A DNA stretch of 61,620 nt, the filler included, from Actinomycetota bacterium (GTDB lineage Bacteria > Actinomycetota > CADDZG01 > JAHWKV01 > JAOPZY01), in assembly GCA_025963875.1 (NCBI GenBank). It is 5 parts of 5 records of this genome, joined end to end, with 100 filler letters (N's around TTAATTAATTAA, not from the genome) between each part and the next. Parts side by side here need not be neighbours in the genome. Positions count along the whole stretch, not along the records: positions 52,594 to 61,620 come from JAOPZY010000167.1; 4 more parts are not named here. One strand, written 5' to 3'. A program made the position numbers and the translations under genes. Shown in pieces: positions 53,647 through 61,620 of the stretch; position 1 is the first letter of the stretch; every line of letters begins with the position of its first letter. The notes beneath the pieces were generated by a model. The model was not told the origin of the DNA, did no database searches, and saw only the letters and a list, made by a program, of their open reading frames with translations.

Positions 53647-54171
53647 TCAGCAACCACGCTCGATGACCAACGCCTTCGCCAGGGCGCCCCATTCGTAGGC
53701 GACCGCCTTCGGCCACTGCCCCTTGGGAAGAGGAGCTGTAGCGACGTAGATCCGGCCGCCGAAGCATCGGCCCATGCGCAGGCGTGCCCGGGAGTCCTGA
53801 GGTCGGCTCGTCACGAGGACTACTGAGCGCCAATGGTGGGTGACGGCCATGTGGCCCGCGAATTCCGCTTCGCCCTGTGTGGTGACGGGATCGGGGTCGA
53901 AGCAGGTCACGGCGACTCCGGGGATTGGGGGCGAGCACGAGTTGGTGGCGTCCCGTGACCCCCGTGAAATCAGGAGGTTAGGAGCGATACGGGAGTAGGC
54001 GAGGGCGAACGCCTCGTCGATGCGATCCCCGTTCCCATTGAAAAGGACGATGGCGTCGGCATGCGCCGGGGCGCCGCGGGCGGGCCAGACGAAGAGGCGG
54101 GCGGTCGCTGTCACGAACAGGGTCCCCGCCATCGCCAAGAGGATGACTGTGCGCCGGAGCCTCACCCGCAA
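53647..54171 (-). CDS. YdcF/DUF218 family protein
   Basis: N-terminal TM; ADAIVL, TTQGEA, VVLVTS..QDSRA, AYEW..LAK. Confidence 0.8.
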   Translation of the reverse strand: MRVRLRRTVILLAMAGTLFVTATARLFVWPARGAPAHADAIVLFNGNGDRIDEAFALAYSRIAPNLLISRGSRDATNSCSPPIPGVAVTCFDPDPVTTQGEAEFAGHMAVTHHWRSVVLVTSRPQDSRARLRMGRCFGGRIYVATAPLPKGQWPKAVAYEWGALAKALVIERGC

Positions 54172-54233
54172 AGCGATATCCTCTCATCCGGGCACTTGAG
54201 GGGCCCCTCGGGCTCCGTAAACCGGCCCGGACC

Positions 54234-55535
54234 ATGACGCCGCGGGAGCGCTCGGTGGACTCGATGTCGTGGATGTCTGCCGACCGGCTCCTCCGGTGGG
54301 CAACGGTCGCTCCGCTCACGATCGCTGGCGTGGCCGCGGCTGCCGCAGGCGCCTATCTCGACGTGCTCGCCGCTGCCGCCTTCGCCAACCCCCCCGCCGG
54401 GGGACTTCTCCCACCCACGCGCCGGCTCGTGGTCCTGGTCCCTGCCCACAACGAGGCCGACTTGGTCGGGCGCTGCCTCGGATCCCTCAATGCGCAGGAC
54501 TATCCACCTGACCTGTTCCAGGTAGCCGTCATTGCCGACAACTGCACAGACGCAACCGCCAGCATTGCCGCCTCGATGGGAGCCCGCGTCCTGGTGCGGG
54601 ACGACCCTGAGGCGCCGGGAAAGGGGCCGGCTCTGCGTTGGGCGATGGACCGGTTGCTCTCCGAACCGGGCGCGCCCGACGCGGTGGCGGTTGTGGACGC
54701 CGACACGGTGGCGGCGCCGGGCCTCCTTACCGCCCTGGCGTCGCGGCTCGAGGCTGGGGCCGAGGCCGTCCAGGGCGAATACCTGGCCCTCGCAGAAGAC
54801 GACTCCCCCGGCGCTACGTTGCGGGCCGCGGGGTTCCTGCTCTTTCACAAGGTCAGGTTCTCGGGCCGCGCCGCGCTCGGTCTGCCGTGCAATCTCGTCG
54901 GCAACGGGATGCTGTTCAGCCGCGGTCTTCTCGAGGAGATGCCCTGGTCCGCCTTCACCAGCGCCGAGGACCTCGAGTATTCGGTGGATCTGCGGCTCGC
55001 CGGCCATCGCCCGATCTATGCCCACGACGCCTGCCTGCGGGCGCCGCTTCCTTCCGGTGGGCGCGCCGCCAATGTGCAGCGGCTGCGCTGGGAGGGGGGC
55101 CGCTTCCACGTGGTCCGCACGCGGCTGCCAAAGCTCGTGCGCGAGATCGCCGTGGCGCGGCGGTGGTCTCTTCTGGATGCCGCGGTCGACCTTGCCGTCC
55201 CCCCGCTGGGCGTTCTGGCCCTCGTGGCCCTCGCTGGGACTGCAGCGAGCACTCTTCTGGTCGTTTCGGGAGCCGGCCCTGCATGGGTCGTCCTGCCGTG
55301 GGTGGTGGCCTCCGCCTCGATCCCCGCGTTCGTGCTCGGCGGCCTCGCTTCCGCCGGGGCGCCGCCCGCAACGTACCGAGCGCTCGCCGTGGCACCAAAG
55401 TACGTCGCCTCGTCGCTGCTCACCCGCCTCCGCCTGCTGCGGGGTCTCCGGGCTGACACGTGGGAGCGGACCGAGCGACCTAGCGACGCGACCGGCACTC
55501 ACTCGAAAAGCGGAAACGGCCCGTCGAGCACATAG
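54234..55535 (+). CDS. GT2 glycosyltransferase (cellulose-synthase-like)
   Basis: VPAHNE, ADNCTD, VDAD, AEDLE, QRLRW motifs; C-terminal TM segments. Confidence 0.9.
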   Translation: MTPRERSVDSMSWMSADRLLRWATVAPLTIAGVAAAAAGAYLDVLAAAAFANPPAGGLLPPTRRLVVLVPAHNEADLVGRCLGSLNAQDYPPDLFQVAVIADNCTDATASIAASMGARVLVRDDPEAPGKGPALRWAMDRLLSEPGAPDAVAVVDADTVAAPGLLTALASRLEAGAEAVQGEYLALAEDDSPGATLRAAGFLLFHKVRFSGRAALGLPCNLVGNGMLFSRGLLEEMPWSAFTSAEDLEYSVDLRLAGHRPIYAHDACLRAPLPSGGRAANVQRLRWEGGRFHVVRTRLPKLVREIAVARRWSLLDAAVDLAVPPLGVLALVALAGTAASTLLVVSGAGPAWVVLPWVVASASIPAFVLGGLASAGAPPATYRALAVAPKYVASSLLTRLRLLRGLRADTWERTERPSDATGTHSKSGNGPSST

Positions 55536-56110
55536 TCGAGGGCCTCGGGGGAACGCGTGCCAACCGGGCGAGCCGGGACGCCGGCCACTACCGTCAGAGG
55601 CGGGATTTCACCCCGAGCGACGGCGCCCGCCGCGACGACCGCACCCCGGCGGATGATCGTGCCCGGCAGGATCGTCGCCCGCATGCCGATCCACACATGG
55701 TCTTCGATCACCACCCCCCGGCTCTCCAACGGGAAGCCGGGCGAGTCGAGGCGGTGATGGGTCGTGAGAATCGCCACCTCCGGGGACACGCTCACGTTGT
55801 CCCCGATGTGGATCGGACCCCGGGCATCCAGGCAGCAGTCCCGGTTGATCCTGCTGTAGGCACCGATATGAACGCCGGTCCGACGGGTCTGGTGCGGGCC
55901 GTAGAACCACACGTAGCAGCCCAGATGGATGCCGGAGTGGTCGCCGATGTCGATCCCGAGGATCCACCGGTACCAGCCGTGGCGAAGGCGGTAGCTCGGG
56001 ACCCTGTTGATCACGTGGTTGGTGAGGTAGTTGAGGACCCGAACCGCGAACGAGTTGATCCCCACTGTCCGGGCAGCGCCCTGCTCCGGAACGTCTTCCT
56101 CGATCCTCAT
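55499..56110 (-). CDS. Hexapeptide-repeat O-acyltransferase
   Basis: IHIGDNVSVS, VIEDHVWIG, VVAGVPAR; ATGA-coupled start at 56110. Confidence 0.9.
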   Translation of the reverse strand: MRIEEDVPEQGAARTVGINSFAVRVLNYLTNHVINRVPSYRLRHGWYRWILGIDIGDHSGIHLGCYVWFYGPHQTRRTGVHIGAYSRINRDCCLDARGPIHIGDNVSVSPEVAILTTHHRLDSPGFPLESRGVVIEDHVWIGMRATILPGTIIRRGAVVAAGAVARGEIPPLTVVAGVPARPVGTRSPEALDYVLDGPFPLFE

Positions 56111-57615
56111 TCGGCAACCGCCGCAACCGGTGCGGCCGCTGCTTCGCGGGCCAGGAGTCGGTGCGCCGCCTCCATGGCGCCGAGCAGCGTCCCGAGGCAA
56201 AGAGCGATGCGGAACCAGAAAAACCCCATGTCGTTGTAGCCCTGCACGAGATAGGCGACAACAGCGCAGGCACTGAGCACGCCGAGCACCGCCAGTTCCC
56301 GGTCGCCGCTCCTCGCCAGCGCGCAGCCCCGGACGACAACGGCGGCAAGCAACAAGAGGAGCACCACCACCCCCTGAATCCCGAGACGCATCCAAAGGTC
56401 GAGGACGCTGTTGTGCGGGAGGAAGGTGATGAACGGATCGATCTTACTGATATCGGTGATGGGCAGAGCATAAATGATAAGCGGGCCGAAGCCCTTACCC
56501 AGCGACGCAGTTTGGCGGATGTTGAACGCAAGGTTGGCGTTCTCCTGCACCCGGTAGAGGTTCGAGCTGAGATCGCGGGCGTCGGGCGAGATCATCGAGT
56601 GCAGCGAGCGGGCCGGCTGCGCAAGGAGCCCGGCCTTGCTCCAGAACAGCGGGAAATAGACGGCAGAGATGCCGGCCACGATCAGCAGCAGGCGCCGGAG
56701 GGCCGGGCGCTTCTCGGGCAGTGACGAGTACGCTACGCAGACCAGCACGATCAGCGTCGTCCCGATGATGGCCCAGGCGGTACGGCGCGCGTTTGCCATG
56801 TCCGACAGCAGCACGGCGGGCGCAAGCCACGTCGCGACGCTCCGGAGACGTCCCCGCACCCCGAAGAGCCAGAGGCTCAGCGTGAGGATCAGGAAGAGCC
56901 CGAAGAAGAACGACTCCTCGTGGGACAGGATGACCTCGGGAGGAACCGGCTGGTGACGCACGGCGATGTACATCTGGACGCCCTGGAGGGCCTTGAAGCC
57001 GGTGCCAATCACGAGGACCCACATGACCCCTCGCAGGGCGGTACGTGTGCGAAGGAGCGAACCCGCCAGAAGGTAGGCGACGGACAGGTAGAACCACGGA
57101 CGGACCTCGTAGAGGATCACCTGGGACTTGCCGCCGCGGGAAAGGCCGATGCCCACGGCTAGAACCACAAGCCCCAGAAGAGCGATCAGGCCCCGCGAGA
57201 CAGGTGAACGGGGCGCCTCCCACGACCGGTCGAGGACGCCGCGCATCAACCAGAACACGAAGACGAGCCCGATGAGCAGGTCCAGGAGCGAGACGCCGCC
57301 TCCCTTGGTCACGCCCCCGTAGAGAGGGATGTGCGTCGTGAAGACACCGGGGTGCGTCCCGGCCGAGTAGGTGAACTGCTCGACCATCGTGGCCGCCCCG
57401 AGCAGCAGGAAGACCCCCGCCTGGCGCCATTTCCAGATGGCTGCCGGCACAAGGAGCCCGGCGAGGCCGAGGAAGGTCAAAGGGTGCTGGGAGGCAGCCA
57501 GCTTGGCGGCGACCAGCCCCGCACCGCAGGCACCGAGTACAGCGACCGGCAGGAGCCGCCGCGCCCGGAGGGCGTCACTCGCCCCGGCGCCGGGGGCCAT
57601 CGCCATCGTGCTCAT
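56107..57615 (-). CDS. O-antigen ligase / Wzy polymerase family protein
   Basis: About 12 TM segments; RRTAW, GKGFG, PHNSVL..W..LG motifs. Confidence 0.82.
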   Translation of the reverse strand: MSTMAMAPGAGASDALRARRLLPVAVLGACGAGLVAAKLAASQHPLTFLGLAGLLVPAAIWKWRQAGVFLLLGAATMVEQFTYSAGTHPGVFTTHIPLYGGVTKGGGVSLLDLLIGLVFVFWLMRGVLDRSWEAPRSPVSRGLIALLGLVVLAVGIGLSRGGKSQVILYEVRPWFYLSVAYLLAGSLLRTRTALRGVMWVLVIGTGFKALQGVQMYIAVRHQPVPPEVILSHEESFFFGLFLILTLSLWLFGVRGRLRSVATWLAPAVLLSDMANARRTAWAIIGTTLIVLVCVAYSSLPEKRPALRRLLLIVAGISAVYFPLFWSKAGLLAQPARSLHSMISPDARDLSSNLYRVQENANLAFNIRQTASLGKGFGPLIIYALPITDISKIDPFITFLPHNSVLDLWMRLGIQGVVVLLLLLAAVVVRGCALARSGDRELAVLGVLSACAVVAYLVQGYNDMGFFWFRIALCLGTLLGAMEAAHRLLAREAAAAPVAAVAE

Positions 57616-57758
57616 CAGAGCAGGTGGAGTTTCAGCGTCTCGTAGGCGACGCCGAACGCGATGACGATGAACGCGGTCAGGTAGACGCTGACTCGGCGAG
57701 GCCGCCGCCTGGTGCCAAGAAAAACGAAGGACGCCGTGAGTACCAGCAGCCAGGTCAT
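57615..57758 (-). CDS. 47-aa two-TM membrane protein
   Basis: MTWLLVLTASFVFLGTRRRPRRVSVYLTAFIVIAFGVAYETLKLHLL; ATGA overlap upstream and TGATG overlap downstream. Confidence 0.7.
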   Translation of the reverse strand: MTWLLVLTASFVFLGTRRRPRRVSVYLTAFIVIAFGVAYETLKLHLL

Positions 57759-58522
57759 CGTCGTTCTCGGAGCATGCTCCTCATCCAGCGAGGCACATCG
57801 GCCGAGGCCCGGTTGATGATGACCGGGGGACGCTCGAGTTCCCCAGCGGCGCGCCGCGCCGCTTCCACAGGCGTCGAGTCCGCCCGCACGACGAGAACGA
57901 TCCTGGGGCAGAGTCTGGCCACGCCGACACCAGGTCCCGAGAAGGGGGGGAGATCGACGACCAGCGCATCGGATCGCTCGACCAGCTCCGACATGAGTTC
58001 TCCTGCGGTGAGCCTGGCCAGCAGCCGGGTCGCATCGGCACCGACGTTCCCCGCAGGCAGGAGGCCCAGCTTCTTGCCGATCCACTGGATGCAGGAGTCG
58101 AGTTCTGCATGGCCCCGCAGTACGTCGGCTAACCCTGGGCCGGCCTTCGCACCGAGCGTCTTGGCAAGGGAGGGCTTCTCGAGGTCCGCTTCGACCAGCA
58201 CCGTGGTTCGGCCGTAGCGGAAGCTCTGTGCGAGCCCCATGGCTATCCCGATCGTGCTGCGACCCTCGCCGCGCAGGCAGCTCGTGACGCCCACCGACGC
58301 CGGTCCCCCCATGAGCGCCAGCGCGGAGCTGCACTCCTCGGTCAGCTTGGCCCACAGCTCCCGCTGCTTGGCCTGGAGGCCGGCGTGGGGGCCGAGCAGG
58401 TGTGCGAAGGTCGCCTCCCCGTCGCCAAGCTCGGCGGCGAGGGCCTGACGGCTGGCATTGTCCACAACGGAAAAGGGCACCGGGCCGCGGGGGCGGCGCG
58501 GCGGTTTCATCTCCGCGCTCAT
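57755..58522 (-). CDS. CpsD/CapB-like BY-kinase domain (degenerate)
   Basis: VTS...GEGRST, LVEADL, VVDLPP; no C-terminal Tyr cluster. Confidence 0.8.
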   Translation of the reverse strand: MSAEMKPPRRPRGPVPFSVVDNASRQALAAELGDGEATFAHLLGPHAGLQAKQRELWAKLTEECSSALALMGGPASVGVTSCLRGEGRSTIGIAMGLAQSFRYGRTTVLVEADLEKPSLAKTLGAKAGPGLADVLRGHAELDSCIQWIGKKLGLLPAGNVGADATRLLARLTAGELMSELVERSDALVVDLPPFSGPGVGVARLCPRIVLVVRADSTPVEAARRAAGELERPPVIINRASADVPRWMRSMLRERR

Positions 58523-59484
58523 GAGCCGCTCTTCCCCGAGCGGATCTTGGTCTTGAACTGGTCGATCGTGCCGACGACCTGCATGCCCAGAAGATCCTCG
58601 AGATCCCCCGTGCCGTGGACCGCCCGGTCACCGACCACGAGGAACAGCAGGATGAACAAGCTGACCATGGCGCCGGCGAAGAGTCCGGCAACCCCTCCGA
58701 AGATAAGCTTCTTCTTCCGGCTCACGGGAAGCCCGGTGGTCCTCGGAGAATCGAACACTCGGAGGACGCCGGAATCCGCCACGCTGGAGAGGCCTACTCC
58801 CGCGTCGGTGAGGTGGGACGCCGCCTGGTCGTAATTGCTCTGGGCGACCGAGGCCGCCTGGGTGAGCTGCGTCACCGTTGCATCAGCCAGCGCACCCAGG
58901 GGGCCGCTGCCCTGGTTCGCGGCAAGGTATTTCGTGAGCTTGTCCTGCGCCGCGGTCAGCGCAGTTCTGGCCTGATCCACCTGGAGCTTGTAGAAGCCGA
59001 CGGAGGACTGGGCCCTGGCGCGCTGCGTGTCGTTCACCTCGGCGACATACGCGTCGGCGACCGACTTGGCCAAGGCGAGGGCATCCTCGGAGGAGGCCCC
59101 CTTGGTGGCGATGGCGAGGACATGGGGACCCGGGGTGCTCACCGAGACGTTGCCGGCGAGCTGGAACAGGAGTCTGTCCCCATCCGGCCCCGGATGAGCA
59201 GCTAGGTAACCGGCCCAGGGACCGCTCTTGCCGACCTTGGACAGAAATTCCCGGGTTTGGAGCAGCTCCGTGAGCACGACCGACTGCGATGCCGACGGCA
59301 GCTCCGACGTGCCCGAGAAGATCGACGACTGGTTGGGCACGGGAACGTCACACCACATCGACGCGTTGGCGACGAAGCTTCTTGGCTGCCGAACCTGATA
59401 GCCGAGACTGATCACAACGGCAATGACGATGGGCATCGTCAACAGGAACGGGTGGCGGAAGAATGCCTGAACGTAGCGTCTCAT
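58519..59484 (-). CDS. Wzz/CpsC-like polysaccharide co-polymerase
   Basis: N- and C-terminal TM helices around a coiled coil; RVFDSP...PVSRKK; ATGA-coupled to the BY-kinase gene. Confidence 0.8.
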   Translation of the reverse strand: MRRYVQAFFRHPFLLTMPIVIAVVISLGYQVRQPRSFVANASMWCDVPVPNQSSIFSGTSELPSASQSVVLTELLQTREFLSKVGKSGPWAGYLAAHPGPDGDRLLFQLAGNVSVSTPGPHVLAIATKGASSEDALALAKSVADAYVAEVNDTQRARAQSSVGFYKLQVDQARTALTAAQDKLTKYLAANQGSGPLGALADATVTQLTQAASVAQSNYDQAASHLTDAGVGLSSVADSGVLRVFDSPRTTGLPVSRKKKLIFGGVAGLFAGAMVSLFILLFLVVGDRAVHGTGDLEDLLGMQVVGTIDQFKTKIRSGKSGS

Positions 59485-59657
59485 TGAGTCACCAGCTTAC
59501 CGTAGAGGATCCACTTGTGCATAACAAAATGCCCCTTCTTCTCGACGTTAAGAGTTCCTCATAATCCGACGTCAATTCGTGCCTCGATTGACGCTCTGAG
59601 CCACCGCGGGACGAGCGCGAATTTCTCGATTGTCCAACGCGGTACGCGGGTCGACGC

Positions 59658-60671
59658 TCAGCCACGACAACGTTCCCCGTGCCCGAGTCGGAGCTTTGCG
59701 CGCGCCCTGCGCCTCCAGGGCATCGTCCGGCGCCTGGGGAACGCACCAGCGTCTGCGTACGCCTGGGCCGCGAACACCTCCAGCTCGGCGTTCCACTCGC
59801 CGGTGAGCTCTGACCCGTCGCCACGGTCGGCAACCGAGATGGCCTCGCGTGCCAGCGCCCGGTTGGCCATCGCATGAAGGCCCTCGGCCCCCGGAAGGTC
59901 CCGCCCGTCGACGGCAAACAACGCGTCGAAGGTCGCCTTGCGCAACCGGAGATCCTCGATCGGTGACCCTTGCCCCGGCCGCGCGACGGCATTGAGGGCT
60001 GCAACGACATAGGTCTGGTCGACGCCGCGAAGGAAGACAATGTCGGCACGAACCGCGAGGCGCAGGCAGCGTGCCAGTGCCTCATCCGGCAGAGGAGCCG
60101 CGCAGCCGTCGCCGAGTTCCCGCTCAAGGGTGGTCCGCACCACCGCCCGGGCGGAGGCGATGCCCATGGAGGCGGTTCGGCACCGCTCGGCGATCCATTC
60201 CCTGCCCTGCCAGACCTCGGGCATGACCGTCTGCATGCGTGCGGAAGGCATCGCGTCGTCGGAGTCGAAAGGCAACGAGCCCCCGTAGACCATGCCAACC
60301 TTCGGGTGCATGTCCAGCACGCCGGCGGCTCGGGCAAGCGCTCCCGGAGCAAGCCGGTCGTCGACGTTCAGCAGCATGGTGAGGTCGCCGGACGCGCAGG
60401 CGAGGGCATCCGCAATGGAGGGCGTGTCCCCTCCGTTTCCGCAGAGCACGACGCGCACGCGCGGATCCGTCCGTGCCGCGGCGGCCACCACCGCAGAGGT
60501 CCAATCGTTCGACCCCTGGTTCACCAGCAGGACTTCGACATCGACGCCGGTCTGAGCGAGGACACTGTCCAGGCATCCGGGGATCGACCGCGCGCGGCTG
60601 TCGCAGGCGATGACGACGCTGACGCTGCTCATGGCGCTCCAGCTTCCTGGGGGGTTGGCGGCTCTGCTCAT
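59658..60671 (-). CDS. GT2-fold glycosyltransferase-like protein with degenerate motifs (start 60671 or 60632)
   Basis: VSVVI...CLDSVLAQ...DPRVRV...LNVDDRL.PGAL. Confidence 0.75.
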   Translation of the reverse strand: MSRAANPPGSWSAMSSVSVVIACDSRARSIPGCLDSVLAQTGVDVEVLLVNQGSNDWTSAVVAAAARTDPRVRVVLCGNGGDTPSIADALACASGDLTMLLNVDDRLAPGALARAAGVLDMHPKVGMVYGGSLPFDSDDAMPSARMQTVMPEVWQGREWIAERCRTASMGIASARAVVRTTLERELGDGCAAPLPDEALARCLRLAVRADIVFLRGVDQTYVVAALNAVARPGQGSPIEDLRLRKATFDALFAVDGRDLPGAEGLHAMANRALAREAISVADRGDGSELTGEWNAELEVFAAQAYADAGAFPRRRTMPWRRRARAKLRLGHGERCRG

Positions 60672-61620
60672 GCGCCGCGCAGCTGGGGGGGCTCCACGGC
60701 AGTGGCCGCCCGATCGGCCCTGGCTGCATCGGGAAATGGCATGGCCGTCCGGGCACGAAACAACCGCTCCGCGCGGGCGAGTGCCCCGCTACTGCGGCCG
60801 CAGAGGATTTGCGGGACCGATCCAAACTGGGAGAGAGCCGGCCCAGTGGGAAGTCGCTCCCGGCACAGCGCAACATCGATGCTCAACCCGAGCCCGGCGA
60901 TGAAATCCTCGACCTCCTGGGCGACCGCCGGATCGAGGCTGTTCTCCAGCACCAGGAGCTGGCCGTCACGCAACCCGTCCTTGATGGTCTTCACTGCCTC
61001 GACGATGGAGGACCCGGCATGGCCGTTGAGCCGGTCGCTGCCGAGCACGATGACCAGACACTCCGCCTTCGAGATCACGGCGGTGTCGGTGCTGGCGGCG
61101 AGACGACCCTCGCGAAGGGCGCTGCGCAGCAGGCTGCGCTCTCCGCCTCCTCGCAACGGCATCTTGCCCCGATTCATCAGTTCCACCGCATCCGAGTCCG
61201 GATCGTGGAGCACCACCGACAGACCGCCCTTGGCGAAGGCCAGGCCGAGCGGGAGGGCAGCACGTCCGTTGCTGGAGATGACGGCGACGTCATGGCGGAA
61301 CCCTCCGCCGCGTGCACCCCCCTGCGCCACGGGAATGGGCCGCGTATGAACAACCTGGGGCTGGGCCAGCCTCCGAGGCAGTTCGACGGGCTCGGTGACA
61401 ACCGGTGCTGGCGCCGGCGCGACCACCTGGGCCTCGAGGCGCTTGCGGTGGGCCCGCATCAGCCGCTCGAAGGTGCGCCATGCGACGGTGGGGATGGTGG
61501 CGACGAGGATCGCCAGGTCCAGGGCCGTGGACCAGTTCTCGACGTAGTAGAGGTCGAGGTGCTGGTACAGGACGAAGGAGGGGTCGTCGCCCGCCTCGAC
61601 CTGCCAGAGCCCGGTCATGC
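60668..61620 (-). CDS. Priming sugar transferase C-terminus fused to a partial nucleotide-sugar dehydrogenase N-domain (5' end outside the window)
   Basis: TGLWQV, LDLYYVENWS..LDLAIL; then LPLGLAFA...MNRGKMP...LLVLENS...LCRERL. Confidence 0.8.
   Translation of the reverse strand, partial: MTGLWQVEAGDDPSFVLYQHLDLYYVENWSTALDLAILVATIPTVAWRTFERLMRAHRKRLEAQVVAPAPAPVVTEPVELPRRLAQPQVVHTRPIPVAQGGARGGGFRHDVAVISSNGRAALPLGLAFAKGGLSVVLHDPDSDAVELMNRGKMPLRGGGERSLLRSALREGRLAASTDTAVISKAECLVIVLGSDRLNGHAGSSIVEAVKTIKDGLRDGQLLVLENSLDPAVAQEVEDFIAGLGLSIDVALCRERLPTGPALSQFGSVPQILCGRSSGALARAERLFRARTAMPFPDAARADRAATAVEPPQLRGA

Overview
High-GC actinobacterial DNA. The window is five separate contigs joined by artificial 100-nt linkers (N runs around TTAATTAATTAA at 8665-8764, 36573-36672, 46793-46892, 52494-52593), so adjacency across linkers means nothing. 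Contig 1: Pup-proteasome locus (prcB, prcA, pafA, DUF3866-like gene, pafB, pafC) interrupted by a two-site cupredoxin gene, then a zinc-ribbon gene and a c-di-GMP-I riboswitch before a truncated, probably secreted protein. Contig 2: secreted beta-propeller, giant poly-HAMP hybrid kinase coupled to a REC-PAS-PP2C-anti-sigma-STAS protein, gluconate permease and kinase, cNMP-TrxB fusion, metallophosphoesterase, desaturase, two two-component systems and an ABC exporter. Contig 3 holds the most unusual gene: an archaeal-type endonuclease IV fused in frame to a LigD-type primase-polymerase. It also carries a D,D-carboxypeptidase, PASTA kinase, LysM lytic transglycosylase and an acyl-CoA dehydrogenase pair. 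Contig 4: ECF42 sigma/DGPF operon and small stress genes. Contig 5: mscL pseudogene, a hairpin-rich intergenic region and a Wzy-type polysaccharide cluster with several degenerate enzymes. I saw no tRNA, rRNA, CRISPR array or transposase. All family calls come from reading motifs; no database searches were run.
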